Origin: Tetramitus jugosus
Lineage: Eukaryota; Protista; Heterolobosea
DNA: 64,000 nucleotides
Assembly (NCBI GenBank): GCA_937625935.1
Contig: OW569351.1
Location: forward strand, 372,001 to 436,000
Reading direction: 5' to 3'
Numbering within the stretch: the stretch's first letter is position 1; each line of letters starts with the position of its first letter. The notes beneath the pieces were generated by a model. That model saw only the letters and a list, made by a program, of their open reading frames with translations. It did no database searches and was not told the origin of the DNA. The position numbers were made by a program, and so were the translations under genes. Shown piece after piece: positions 1-13,400 of this stretch.

Positions 1-343
1 TTCTTGTTTGATCTCTTGAGTGTGAAACCGCCAAAAAGCTTTTTGTGATTTTTCTTCGACAAAATTCTAGAAGTAACGATTTTTGGCGCGGATGTCGGAG
101 AAACAGCATTTACAGTTTAGTCCGCCTCCTAGACAGATGACAAATTCATGTTGTCATCCACACATCAAAATACACCATAAATTCCGCGATAGATTGTTCC
201 ACATGATTGATCCAAAGCATCAACCGAATCCCCACTGCATGCACAGGAGTGGGAGGTGTCCCTTCACAAAAACCAAAATTTCAACACAAACAAAACCACA
301 AACACAATCACAAACACAACATACACACAGACACATTCTAACC

Positions 344-1132
344 ATGACAATCTCTGCTCAACAACTTGAAAAGTTCAACAACCTCGTTGCATCCTCCATT
401 GATGACCAATCTGAATTCTTCCTCAAGAGCTTCATCTTTGCTCTCGAAGAAAACTGGAAGGAAGTGCCTCAAATTGCCACAAAGTTCAAGAAGACTCTGA
501 CTGAAGCTGGTGAATCAAGTGAACAAATGAATGAGGCAACTGCTGCCAGTTTCTTGCAAGCCAACGGCAGAACTAGAACTGCTTTGCAGAGAAGAGATGA
601 GATTCGTGATATCGATCTCGATGACAACAAGCAAATTTCATTCATTGAATACTTGTTGTTGCATTACAAGGGAATGATTCTCTCAGAGTACTACAAGAGA
701 ATGGAGCAGACTCCTACTGAGAATTTGGAGAATTTTGCGATCGGTGTAACTGGTGTCGGTGAAAAATTGTTGGACGAGTTGTTTACTTTGCCTGTTGGAT
801 TGGACCCTGCTCTGGAGAGAGCCATTGAAGAGTTCACTGCCACAAAGAAGGCCAGAGAAACTAGATTGAAGGATTTGGAAGCAAAGGCCAGTCAAGGTGG
901 TGTCAAGGGCATTGCCGCCAAGAATGAAATTGCTCAAATGGCCAGCGAAGATGTGACTGAGATGAACAGAATGGAAATTTCTTTGAACTCTGCAAAGAAG
1001 AGAGGCGCAAAGCAAAGCGGTGAAGTTGCTCTTGCTGAGAAGAAGAAGGTTGAAGAAGAGGAGCAGAAGAAGAAGTTGGAAGATGGAAGAAATGCAATGA
1101 AGAATAGAGCTGCCTTGTGGGAAAGCAAGTAA
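344..1132 (+). CDS. EF-hand calcium-regulated actin-bundling protein (ABP34/LAV1-2-like)
   Basis: First ATG after the CA-rich leader is at 344 (MTISAQ). EF-hand DLDDNKQISFIE; C-terminal GGVKGIAAKNEIAQM and charged helix resemble the Dictyostelium 34-kDa bundler C-terminal domain. Confidence 0.75.
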   Translation: MTISAQQLEKFNNLVASSIDDQSEFFLKSFIFALEENWKEVPQIATKFKKTLTEAGESSEQMNEATAASFLQANGRTRTALQRRDEIRDIDLDDNKQISFIEYLLLHYKGMILSEYYKRMEQTPTENLENFAIGVTGVGEKLLDELFTLPVGLDPALERAIEEFTATKKARETRLKDLEAKASQGGVKGIAAKNEIAQMASEDVTEMNRMEISLNSAKKRGAKQSGEVALAEKKKVEEEEQKKKLEDGRNAMKNRAALWESK

Positions 1133-1444
1133 ACACTGTTGAAGGATCGATCCCTCATGTACAACCAACAACAACAGCATTACTGATCATTATCACAAGA
1201 TAATAACAAAACGTTTACTTCTCAGAGTTGTGAACAACAAGTGAGACAAACAAACACGTGTGAATAAAAAAAATGAAAATAATCTAAATTGATCTTGATT
1301 GACATTTTGTCTGTCGATTGGAGGGATTGATCTTGGCGCCATATGATTCGCCCGAACATTACAGTTTTCCATCTCGAATCATCCTGTTGTTCAAAGTGTT
1401 ATCTGCCTGAAACACGAGATCAATCTTCGATACAAAACTAAAAA

Positions 1445-1918
1445 ATGGCGAGGATCCACAAGACATTATCAGAGGAAGAGCTAAAAGAATTCAAGGAGAT
1501 TTTTGACCTAGTTGATGGTGATGGAAGTGGCGAGATTTCAAAGGAAGAACTAGGAAAACTCATGGAAACTCTCGGGTTGAAACCAACGAGCCAACAATTG
1601 GACGAAATGATGAAAGAAGTGGATGCGGATGGTTCAGGTGATATTGACTTTAATGAATTTGTAACAGTAATGAGCAAGCAGGTGAAGGCAGATTACACTC
1701 CTGAGCAACTAAGAGCTGCTTTTGCAGTCTTTGAATCACCTGATGATAACCTAGGAGCAGGATGGGTGAGAACCGATGTTCTAGAGCACGCACTGACGAC
1801 TTATGGTGAAGATACACTCACACAAGAGAAGGCTGCAGAACTATTACTGACTGTTGATCCTGAAGGAACAGGAAAGGTCAACTATCTTGAATACATCAAC
1901 ATGATGAGCACTCAATAA
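1445..1918 (+). CDS. Calmodulin-like EF-hand protein
   Basis: 157 aa; EF loops DGDGSGEISKEE, DADGSGDIDFNE, DPEGTGKVNYLE; third loop degenerate. Confidence 0.9.
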   Translation: MARIHKTLSEEELKEFKEIFDLVDGDGSGEISKEELGKLMETLGLKPTSQQLDEMMKEVDADGSGDIDFNEFVTVMSKQVKADYTPEQLRAAFAVFESPDDNLGAGWVRTDVLEHALTTYGEDTLTQEKAAELLLTVDPEGTGKVNYLEYINMMSTQ

Positions 1919-2284
1919 ATTAAAAAACTGTAACATAGAGATAAATCTAGTCATGAATTGGATGAAAAAGGTATTCCACCAATATCAGCCTTAGAACGGT
2001 CTCTACAATCGTGTAGATAGGAGAATTCGATAAAGTTTTGTTTGTAATCATTTATGGTCTGATGCTCAATCACTAAAAACCTTAACCAGTTCCCTCAAGA
2101 TTTCACTTGACTCCAACATCTTTTCACCACCGGGCACCATTATGGGTCTTTGTAAACATTCTTCATTACTCCGAAATTTCTCCTTCGCCGTTAGTCCAGA
2201 AATGGCCGTTACGATCTCTGGACAAAAAGCTTCGAAAAAAACAAACCACCTGTTCCATCGTCCCAAAATCGATTGATCGATCCA

Positions 2285-3991
2285 ATGGCAACCAAGAGAA
2301 AATCCACTTCTACCAGAAGTACCAACAGTGCCAAGAAACCAAAGGTGATTCGAAGAGACAGAGCCATTCAATTTGTGCCTTCTCGTTGGCCCATTCGATC
2401 ACCCAAAACAAGCATAACAACAACAGTATCAACAACAAGGCTATCTGACAGAATCAGAGCAAGTAATCAACGATGTAGATTTGCAGTGACCGTTCACAAG
2501 GATTTTGATGCGTCTGCAGTGGATATGAGACCCTATGTCTTTTTGCGCAATATCATGAACGGTGTCATTGTTTATCAACACTTGTCTAACATGCAAAAAT
2601 CACAAAAGTCGGATCATGATGAAAGTGATAATGAGGAGGAACAACCCATTGAAATTGAAACACCGAATTCATCTGCTCCTTACACACTTAAAAAATTGGT
2701 GAGTGAACTGGGGAGGAGAATATCGACGGTTACGGGTGGTACGATCCCTATACCCTTTTTTGAAAAATTGATCAAGATGGATGCATTGAGTGACGATGAC
2801 TTGGAAACGATTAGTAATTCGTTGGACAGTTGTTTCTTTGTTTATCCTTTTAATTCGGAGCATTCGATTGAGGAGGAGTATGACAATGTGGTTGAAATGT
2901 TGAATGGGTGGTACAGTGAGAATGATGAGGCACCAACGTTGATTGCATTCTTGTGCAGAAACACGTTTAGTATTGTGATTTGGAAAGCGATTTATGACAA
3001 GCAGTCGAACACGGTTTCTCTGTACGAGTTGGTCGAAGATGACGAAGTGTCGGAACCAGTGGAACAATCAGAGGTTGGTGATCTCTATCGAGAGGAGAGT
3101 TTTGAGAGTGAAGTGAAGGTACCCGAGGAGAATGAAGGTGGCGCCGATGACGACGACGACGATGAGGAAGAAGACAGTGAAGAGTTGTTGCCATTGTTTA
3201 GAACCAGGAAAATGTGGAAGCGAGTGGTGGCAAGCACAGACGGTGGATATGATTATGATGTAGAGTCAGACACGGGACTCATTCGATATTTTGATTGGGA
3301 TATGAATGAAGTGATTCGTGTCGTTGCAACGGCTAATCCTCCTCCTTCTCATGATTCAGTCGATTATGACAAGACTGAAGAAACCGAAGAGGATGAAGAT
3401 TGGCATCGAAAGGATAAGAACCATGAGGGTTTGTCTGCAGAGGACAAGGCACAATCCACTCCATCACAAACTCCAGCGAGTAGCGAGTCTTCTGTGGCCG
3501 CAAACGAACACAGTGCTGAGCAAGTTGAGACAAGGAAAACTAGTGATCATGATACTGAACACAAGGAAGCATCATCCGAGAATGAACAACAACCAGAAAG
3601 CAAGAGCGAAAAAGCTGGTGAGACTGCTGAGGTTGATCTTCCAGAGGAAGAGAAGAGCAAGAGCAATACTGTTCCTGTGCGTCCTGACGCCGTTCATGAA
3701 GATGAGGCCAGGGTATCTGAAGAGAGCTCCAAACAGTCACCTGTACATTCCATTCCTCCTGAGGACCGCAACTATTCAAAGGACACTCTTATTTCGACGG
3801 TTGTTGAAGAACAGTTTAGCGAGGAAGAAGCCGAAGCAGTAGCAAAAGCATTGCCAAGCGAAATAAGGACACTCGAGGATTGGCGATTACTTCAAATAGA
3901 AGCAAAGGACAGGCTGGAGGAACACAACTCTCTTTCGCTGGATGTCAGAAAAAGACTAGACTTAACATGTATTCAATTATCAGACAACTAA
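2285..3991 (+). CDS. Hypothetical acidic protein with basic N-terminus
   Basis: Long ORF from the first ATG (MATKRKS); basic NLS-like start, globular middle, D/E-rich tail; no family recognised. Confidence 0.75.
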   Translation: MATKRKSTSTRSTNSAKKPKVIRRDRAIQFVPSRWPIRSPKTSITTTVSTTRLSDRIRASNQRCRFAVTVHKDFDASAVDMRPYVFLRNIMNGVIVYQHLSNMQKSQKSDHDESDNEEEQPIEIETPNSSAPYTLKKLVSELGRRISTVTGGTIPIPFFEKLIKMDALSDDDLETISNSLDSCFFVYPFNSEHSIEEEYDNVVEMLNGWYSENDEAPTLIAFLCRNTFSIVIWKAIYDKQSNTVSLYELVEDDEVSEPVEQSEVGDLYREESFESEVKVPEENEGGADDDDDDEEEDSEELLPLFRTRKMWKRVVASTDGGYDYDVESDTGLIRYFDWDMNEVIRVVATANPPPSHDSVDYDKTEETEEDEDWHRKDKNHEGLSAEDKAQSTPSQTPASSESSVAANEHSAEQVETRKTSDHDTEHKEASSENEQQPESKSEKAGETAEVDLPEEEKSKSNTVPVRPDAVHEDEARVSEESSKQSPVHSIPPEDRNYSKDTLISTVVEEQFSEEEAEAVAKALPSEIRTLEDWRLLQIEAKDRLEEHNSLSLDVRKRLDLTCIQLSDN

Positions 3992-4048
3992 TTATTATTC
4001 GTGAATAAATTTAACAGTTTTATACGTTTGTGTTTATTGCCAGATCGC

Positions 4049-7000
4049 TTATGCTTGCACTAGCTGTTCTTGACATGCCTTCAATTTAGATGTCAAATTT
4101 GCAATCTTCTTTCGGTCCGTTCTCTGCTCAGACTGCAAGTCCAGAACCTGTTGCTCCAGGTCCTGAATCTTCACTTCCATCGAACGAATAATATCTTGTC
4201 GAATCTTCGCTTCGTCCTCCAACAATGCGTTTCTTTCAAAACTTTGTTCAAGTTGGAGAGAGAAGCTCTGCTCTTGTTCTTCAATTGCCATTTCGATCAA
4301 CTTGACTTGATCATCGACATTTCTTTGCATGTTCCTTTGTTCACTTGTCAGGGACAAGTTCCTCTCGTCCTTCTCTCTGATCTGTTGCTTCAATGCTTTC
4401 ACCCTCGATTGAAGATCCCATATTTGCTTCTTGTACTGGGCATTAGATTTTTTGCATTCTTCAAATTCTGCTTCCATTCGAACTGTATCTGCAGGTTTTA
4501 TCTTGTTCATTCTCTCCAGTCGCATGTCTTCTTCGTGGACTGTCTTTAATTTTTCGATTTGGCTGCGAAGTTGCGAGTTATCTTGCTTCAGAGTTTCACA
4601 AGTTTCTCTAATACTCTGCTCTCTTTGTTCGTTTAATTTCTCTTGCATCTCCTTCTCAGATCTGGTCAAGATCAGATCAGTTTGAAGTACCTTTGTTTCT
4701 TGTAGATACCGTGTTTGAAGTTCATCATACTTCGTTCTCAAACTCACAATATCTCTGTTCAATGTCTCAATAGATAAATTCAATTCACTCTCCTTTTTCC
4801 TAGTGATCTCTAAATCTTGGGATATAGTTCCATTCCTATGCTTGGTATTATACAATTCTGAAGACAATCCCTCGATTTCATTTCGAAGTTCTTCTAGTTG
4901 GGCACTACCCATGAATTCCACATCTGAGATTTCAATCATTATCCCATTCAACTCATCTATTGTAGACGAGAAAGCTGGTCTAATGTTCTTCTCTAGATCG
5001 TTTTTCATGTTCTCTAACTGTTTCGAGTCTCTCTCTAAATATTCAAGGAGTTGATTGTTAGCATGCTTCAGACTTCGTTTAAATTCTCGTTCCATCCCAG
5101 CCTTTTCTTCTTCAAATTTAGCCTTTTGCAATTCAACCTTCCTATTGGCATGCCGTAAATTTGATTCTGATTCATCCTTCAACAAATTCATAGTATGCAA
5201 GTGTTCTTCCTGCAACAAAGTAAATTTAACTTCACTATTCTTTTCCAAGAATGAATTCTGTCGTTCTAGGGTGTCTATCTTCAATTTCAGTTTTAAGTTT
5301 TTATCCAAGAGTTTCTTAACACTGGTTTGTAACTCCACTGTTTGAACATTTTCTGATACCATGAAGTGGGACAACTGCTTCTCAAAATGACTCTGCATTG
5401 TTTTGTAGTCTGATTTGATATTTTCGTTCTCTTGAACGAGGTGTGCTAAGCGCTGTTGCAAAGATTCAACATCTGCATCTCTGCTAGCCAATTGTTTATC
5501 ATGATCGAGTTTTTGTTTTGATAGAGCACTCTCAACAACTTGTTTGTAGTTTTCTATCTGGGATTGCCAATGGGATTCTTTGAGCTCGTTAAATAGAGCA
5601 CTTGATTCGGCATGTAGTTTCTTCCATTCATCATATTCACCCTTCAACTGATCATTTTCTTGTACCTTCTCGGAATACTTTTCAAGTAACGCTTTGTTTT
5701 GTTCCTCCAATTCTTGACAAGCATCCTTAAGTATTTGTTCTTTCCTCTTACTCTCGTCTAATTCCTGTGTAACATATTTCTCATTCTTTTGGTGGATCTC
5801 CTGTTGAAGTTGAAGAATGATCTTTTGTCTTGTTTCTAACTCTTCTTTCTGTTTGTTGTTGGTAATTGTTAATACATTGCACCTTTCTGTTAATTCTACT
5901 CTTTGATTCTGCAGCTCATTCATGGATTGATTTGTCTGCTTTCTTTCTTCCTCCATCGCGCTCTTCATATTTGATCTCTCTAAAGTCATCTCGTCGATCT
6001 GTACTCGGAGTTTGGTGATTTCCGACCTCAGAGTTGGCAATTCATTTGAGAAACGTTCTTCAAAAATCTGGCTATTATGCAGATCTCCTACTCTTCTATC
6101 GAGTTCATCTTGAAGGGATTTGATGGTTTGTCTTGAATTTTGGAGCTCATTATCCATGTTTTTGATTTCTCTGTCCTTGTCTCCTTGCATCAATTGTATC
6201 ATATCTTCTAAGTGCTTGTTTTCATACGAGAGAGTGTCGATTCTAGATTCAAGCAGTTGAACTTTTCTTACTGATTCAATATCAACACTTTCTTGCATTG
6301 ATGTAGTATCGTTCAACTTTTCAAGCTGCCGTTTCAGCGCAGTTTTATCAGAAGAGACTGCAGCTAGTTCTACCTGAAGTTTTTTGACAGTTGATTTTGT
6401 TCTCCTCAAATCTCGTTCCAAGTTTTCGATTACTATCGATTGATTAAAACTTTCTCTAGCACCTGTCTCGGAAAGAACATGTCTTTGCTCTCGGGATGCA
6501 TCATTGATATCTTCCAAACTGGCTATTCTGTTCTTCAATGAATCAATATAGCTCTCTCTTTCAAGAGATATTTCCTTAAATTTCTTGGCTTTCTCCTCCA
6601 TCTCTCTCAACAATTCATTTTCTCTCTTAGATTTCAGCTCTGATGCATCTGAACTTTCTTTAGCTAGTTCTGCTATCGATTGATTGGCCATTTTAATCTC
6701 CTCTTCGGCGATTTTCAACCTCTCATCAGAAGAAACCTTTAACAATCGTATTCTAGTAATTTCTTGTTGTAGTTTCGAATTGATATCCTCAAGCTCTATG
6801 ACTTTTTCTTTCAGAGAATTCAATACACTGCTATTCTTCTTTGAGGAAAGATCACCATCGAAAACACTTTGATTGAGAACATCAACGATATCATTTTTGG
6901 ATTTCCTAAGAGAATGTTGTAGTTTTAGTACTTCTTGACTGGATTTAGCTTGATAGAGAATAAATTCTTGCTCCAATTGATTCTTTGCTTGCAGGGTTTT

Positions 7001-7855
7001 GTCTAATTCCTTTTCCACTTCATAAATCCTCTGGGCCAATATTCTTTTCTCTGCTTCGGTTATAGTTTTCTTGTCCTCAATATCAATCATTCGTTGAGTG
7101 TTACTGGAGGATATGACAGAAAATTCATTAATCATCTGTCCACTTTGTTGTTTGAGTGAGTAAATCTCATCTTGTGCCTGCTTGATGTCTCTTTTGAGAA
7201 GGTTGATAATATTTGTTTTCTCTATTAAGCTCTTCTCTGCATTCTTTTGCACCATTAGTTTCTCTCTCTGTAGATTTTGAATTTTGTCGTAAAGTTCATC
7301 GATCTCTGCTGCTTGGAATTGATTCTTGTTGATAAGAATTTGAATCTGTTCTTCATGCTGGAGTTTTATCTTTTGAACAGAGGAATCATTATCTGGATCA
7401 GTTCTCAATGATAGATCGTTCATATCCATTGGAGTGGTAGGTGTTGACAGAGATCTCAGAGATTCTTGTCTTCTGTCTTGCTTCTCCTCTTCTAACTCCT
7501 TCTTCACACTGAAGAGTTCTTGCATGACGGAAGAGAGTCTCCCCTCTAATCCCGCATTATCTTCTATTAAAGATTGCATCTTAAATCCCGAATCAGATCC
7601 TACAATAGGTGAAGAGACATCAATAGAAGGAGTGAATGTTCTGGAGGAAGAAGGGGACACAAAGCGAAAGCTCAAGGGAGAAACAGGAGCATGTTGTCTT
7701 GGCTGACTTCCCTTCTGATCCATTGATTCCTCGCTGTACCTAAACATCACACAAAGACAGTCAACATCTCTAGAGTTACTAATAAAAATGCAATAGATGG
7801 GGCATACTTACAATGGGCTATCAAGAGCTCTCAATTCATCAGTGCTGTCGCTCAT
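4049..7855 (-). CDS. Large coiled-coil protein (possibly centrosomal/basal-body)
   Basis: 1233-aa heptad-rich ORF plus upstream exon MSDSTDELRALDSP (ATG 7855), joined in frame by a GTAAGT..TTTAG intron at 7740-7811. Confidence 0.8.
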
Positions 7856-8108
7856 TGGTATGAATGAAGTATCAATTCTCAGTGTACACGTTTATTAATG
7901 AAGAATATTTCTTGCTTGTGATTCAGAAAGATCGTCAATGCATGACGTGGAGAACAAGATCTCTTGTGAAACTGTGAAATTATCGTACAGCGGAGTTTGA
8001 TGTACGGCTCCGGGCATTGTTTGATTCCCCGCATGATTTACGACCGAAAACTTTTCGCATTCTGTCTAGGAATTTTCAGTGATAAATAGTACCTTGTTAG
8101 AGTGAAGA

Positions 8109-10403
8109 ATGGCAGCAACGAAAGCTCCTAAACTTGACTTACTTCCTCCAAAGAAGTCTGAAGCTGTCCGTGTAGTGGTCCGTGTACGTCCTTTCAATAG
8201 AAGAGAGACTGAGCTCCAATCCAAGAAATGTATTGATATGGATTTGAAAAATGGAGTGTGTATACTAAAGAACTTACAAGACCCGACCCTGGACAAACCG
8301 TTCAAGTATGATGCTGTGTTTGATCAAGAGTAAGTATTCATCAAAGAGTTCTCGTGATTTTTCGTCGGCAGGTGTTTAACATGATGTATCTCAAGTTCCA
8401 AACAATCAGATGTATATGACGACACGGCGAGAGGAATTGTGGATAGTGTGATCGAGGGATACAACGGAACAGTGTTTGCTTACGGACAAACAGGTGCGGG
8501 TAAAACATTTACTATGGAGGGAGTGGAAGATCCACCTGAACTTCGAGGTATTATAGCGAATAGCTTTGCACATATATTCGATACCATTGAGCATACTTCG
8601 GCTCAAAAAGTGTTCTTGGTTCAAGTATCTATGATGGAGATTTACAATGAACAAATTCGAGATTTGATTGGGCGAGATCCCAAACAATCCTTGGACTTAA
8701 AGGACAGTAAAGATCGAGGTGTCTATGTGAAGAATTTAACTTTCATTACCGTGAAGAATTTACAGGATGTTGATAAAGTGCTGAAAGCCGGTAGAAAGAA
8801 TCGCTCCGTAGCCTCAACAATGATGAATCAAGAATCTTCACGATCTCACTCTATCATCACAATACGTATTGAAACGAGTGAAAAGAGCGCAGTGGATAAT
8901 CAGAATCATATTAAGGGTGGAAAATTGAATATGGTAGATCTGGCAGGTTCAGAAAGACCAAGCAAAACAGGTGCTAAGGGAGAACAATTTAGGGAGGGTA
9001 TCGAAATTAATTTATCTTTATCTGCTCTTGGAAATGTCATTTCAGCGCTTGTTAATCCAAAAGCTCAACACATCCCATACAGAGATTCTAAACTGACGCG
9101 TTTGTTGCAAGATTCTCTGGGAGGTAACACAAAAACAGTGATGGTGGCTAATATTTCTCCTGCTGATGATAACAAGGACGAAACCTTGAGTACTCTTCGT
9201 TATGCAAGTCGAGCCAAGAATATTAAGAACAAACCAATTGTAAATGAAGATCCCAAGGATGCTATGTTGAAAGCATTTCAGGAAGAGATTATTAGGTTGA
9301 AGAGGGCTTTGGAGGAGAGAGCTGGAGGAGTACCAGCTCAAATAACATCTTCAGGCGAACATACTAGTATGATTAGTGCTTCGATAGATGAAGAAAAGTT
9401 GAAAGATATGATATCAAAAAACGAGGAAGAGAAGCACAGGTTAGTTGAAAGTATGAAGAATCAATCTGAAGAGGAGAAGAAGAAGTTACTCCTAGAACAG
9501 CAAAAGATAGAAGATCAAAGAAAGAAGATAGAAGATGAACTGAGGAGAAGACAAGAACAACTTGCAAAAGAAAAGAAGGAAAGAGAGATACTGGCCAGAA
9601 AATTAGCTGAAATGCAGAGTAATATTGTACAGGGAGGAAATGAACTGATCGAACTAAATAAGGAGCAAGAAGAACAGATTCAAAGACAAAAAGAAGAACT
9701 AGAAAGAAGAAAGCAGGAAGAGCTAAGATTAAAACGAGAGATGGACGAACAAATGGATGAGCGATTGGCTTTGGAGGAACAATATGCATCCATTCAGGAA
9801 GAGGTGGATGTAAAAACAAAGAAGTTGAAGAAGTTGTGGAACAAGTTCCAACTTGCCAAAGCAGAAATTAACGATCTTCAGCAAGAATTCCAACAGGAGC
9901 GTGAAGACTACTTGTTTACAATCCGACAATTGGAAAGAGAGTTGAGACTGAAAGCAAAAATTATTGATAACTTCATTCCACCTGTTGAAGTTGAAAAGAT
10001 CACGAAAAGAGCTGTCTGGGATGAAGAAACCGATGATTTTAAGATCAGGAATGTTCATTTAGCAGGAAACAACATTGATTCTGGAAGACCTCAATCAGCT
10101 GTGACCAGTGCTCGCAGAACAAACAATGTGATCCAATTGGATCTGGATATGCCTGAGCGAACAACACAAGATTATGAAGTATATGATGGTAGGAGCAACG
10201 CTGTAGATGGAATAACCAGCTTCGCTGTTGGTGACAGCACTGACAATGCTTTCTTCTCATATGGAGCGCCAATGAAGAAGGACAAGAAGAGAACGACGAC
10301 AGCCGGACCAAAGAGACCAAAGACGGCAAGCAAGAGACTCACACCCGAAGATGATGATTTCCCTCAAGCAAAAGGACTTGTTAAAAGCAAAAGGAATGTT
10401 TAA
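8109..10403 (+). CDS. Kinesin-2 (KIF3/FLA10-type) anterograde IFT motor subunit
   Basis: VRVRP, P-loop GQTGAGKT, NQESSRSH, DLAGSER, HIPYRDSKLTRLLQDSLGGN; KIF3-like stalk KTKKLKKLW and IIDNFIPP; in-frame intron 8330-8395. Confidence 0.93.
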
Positions 10404-10424
10404 TTTCTATCAGAAATCTTATTC

Positions 10425-13400
10425 CTACACTTTATCCTTCACAAGTTCTGAAAAGAATTGAGAGAACACATCACGGTTGTCATAGGACATTTCGCCTGCC
10501 GTTGCGACCGTGGGTTCTTCTCGCAGAACTGTTTTTGTCGTCTCCAATGTTGATAAAGTTCTATTCTTTGTGTTATGTCTTGTGTGCAACACGAGACTCT
10601 TACCAATTTCTTCAATGATGGTGTCTTGAGCTGCTTCCACAAGTTCATTGTCAAACTTGGCGGGGAATCTCTGTGCTAACCACTTGTATGCATCGAGCAC
10701 CTTCATGGTAAATTCGACTCTCCTGAGTGCATCACTTCGTTGGCGACCTACCTCGTTCGAGTGACCATGGATAACATGACTAATAATCTTGTTATTAAGT
10801 TTTCCTTCCTCCCTTTCTTGAACTGCTTTGAGACCAGTGATAACAGCTCGAACATTTAAGTGGAGAGGAACAACATGAATGGACGGATTAGCAAAATCTT
10901 CACAGTATTGAACCAAGATCTCAATCGCTTCGTCAATATTCGGTATAGGAGCATTCATGAAGGTGTACTGCTGTGGAATTGTAAGCTTCAAATGTCTAAT
11001 TCTCGTCGCAATCCCGATTTTCGACTCCGAGTCACACATGAAGAAATCCTTGTGACCCTTTGATAATAAAATGTATCGATACAGAATGGCTGCCATATCT
11101 GCGGAGTGCTCAGGAAACTTCTTTGCAAATCCTTGAAGTTGTGGTAAACTTGGGAAAATTCCCGCACTTTCAATAGATTTCATTTCAAGGGCTACCGATT
11201 GTTTCAAATACTCAAAGTCCTTTTGTTCAAATGTTGTCACATATCCGACATCGTAAAATCCTTTACGACCAGCACGACCTGCAATCTGCTTCATTAGCAT
11301 AGGATTAACTGGCATTCGCTTGATCCTACCCTTATGCAGCGTTGGTTTCGAAGTAGTAAAGAACACAATTCGCTTAATATTCAAATTGAGTCCCATTCCC
11401 ACCGCATCAGTCGCAATCAGCACATCATAGCCACTCGTTTCATCATTAAACAATTCAGCTTGTTCTTTACGCGACTCTGGTGGCAATCCTCCATAAACGA
11501 CAGCACATTTCAATCCTGTGTTCACCTCAATGAATTGCTTCACTTCAAAGACATGCTTCCGAGAGAAGACAATCACACAATCTCTTTTTTCAATCTTTGA
11601 GACATCTCCTTGAAGAGATCCCTCGGGCCACAACTGAAGTTGAGTCATACGCTCATAGGTACGCAACTCTACGGTCTCATCTCCATTGCTCTTTAAAATT
11701 CGATTCACTAGTTCAAATGCAGTATGATCACCACACAAGTGAATCTCTTGCGCTTGAACACCGAGCAAAGCCTGCGTCCAAGCCTGTCCTCTCTCAGGAT
11801 CCTGGATCATTTGAATTTCGTCAATAATGGCAACGTTGTACACTTGCTGGAGATTAAGCATCTCAATTGTACAGGCAAAATGATTCGCTCCAATCACATC
11901 TCTTTTCTCTTGACCGGTCAACAAGGAGCACTTAGTATCATATTGAGTATTCATCCGATTGCACACTTCTTGCGCCAATAAACGCAACGGAGCCATGTAC
12001 ACTCCACTGTCAGCCTTGCTTAGCTCCATCAGTGCATGATAAGTCTTTCCAGAGTTTGTTGGCCCCGCGTGATAAATGATCCTACGCTTCAATCTCTTTG
12101 TCCTCAAGAAATGCAGCTGTGGATCCGTAAAATTGCAATACTTTAAACCCTCCAAGTACAACTCATAATCATCTGGATGAATTTTGCGCGTATACGATCC
12201 AAAGAATGGCCGGATAAACTCCTCAACCTCCCTCTGCTCTTCTTCGCTCAAGCTTGTCTTTGTAAACGCATCCGTATTTGCCACAATGTAATCCAAAAGG
12301 ACTCTAAACAAATGTACGGCCAATCTCTGCGGTATCAAGGGAATCTTGTTTGGATCAATGTTCGTCTTGTCTACTGTTGGCATATCTGTAGCAAATCGCG
12401 TCAAATCAGCATACTGTGCCCCTGACACGATAAAATTCGTAAAACTGAACCACATGGCCTCAAAGTTCATTACTGGACAATTTCTCTTAAATTCAATGGA
12501 ATGATAACCTTCTGAAATACGAGTCAACAATCTCTTCACTCTTCTCACATCCAACTCCATGATTCTGTTGTCTTTGATCATTTGGACTTGATCAGCAGAA
12601 TACCCTCCAAAATTAATATCTTGCTGTTGTGATGCCTTGTCTTGCGTTGCATGTTGCTGTGCCTGTGTTCCCTTATCGCTATTAAGCACAGCGTCGAACA
12701 AGTCGTCCTTGAACAGCGCCGAACCCAATGACGATGACGACGATGAGGATACCGATGAACCACTTGATTGATTGACATTCACATGATCACCAGACGATGA
12801 TGATGATGATGAAGAAGTAGAAGACAACAAAGCGCTCTGTTGTTCCTTGTCCTCTCCACTATTATCACCCTTATTCTCCATCATATCCTCTTTTGTTTCC
12901 TTGTCCTTCTTCAACGACAACAATGACAATAAATGATCATCGTGTAGGCGTACGAGACTCTGATCCAACCACCTAAAATGTTCAAAATCAAAATGATTCA
13001 ACTGTGGTTCATGCCTATCAATCACCTCAGACAGAGACACGCGTGAAATTTCACTGAGACTGTAGAGTGATTTTGTTGCGAATGCTGCCTTGATCTCCAA
13101 TTCTCTCGATGCATGAACGTCTCTGCTTCTACTATACTTTTGATTCAGATTTTGTGGATCATTTTGTTGTTGTTGTTGTTGTTGATTTCTGTGATTGTTG
13201 TTGCTATAATGATTATTAGGGTTGCGAGTGTAATGTGATGGACGAGAATGAGGCTGTTGATGAGGTCTAGAATGAGACGAAGATGATGATGCGCGATTCA
13301 TTGAAGAAGAAGAGTGATGACGATTGTTGGAATGAGAAGAAGATGCATAGCTATTGTTGTTGTTGTTGTTATTATATGATGATGATGATGGTTGTCTACT

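Noticed and set aside
83-343. N-terminal extension of the first ORF from a TTG start
   Set aside because: Translates promoter and CA-rich leader; family similarity begins at ATG 344. The same applies to the non-ATG extensions of CTPS, KRI1, the ADF-H protein, RCC1 and CLP1.
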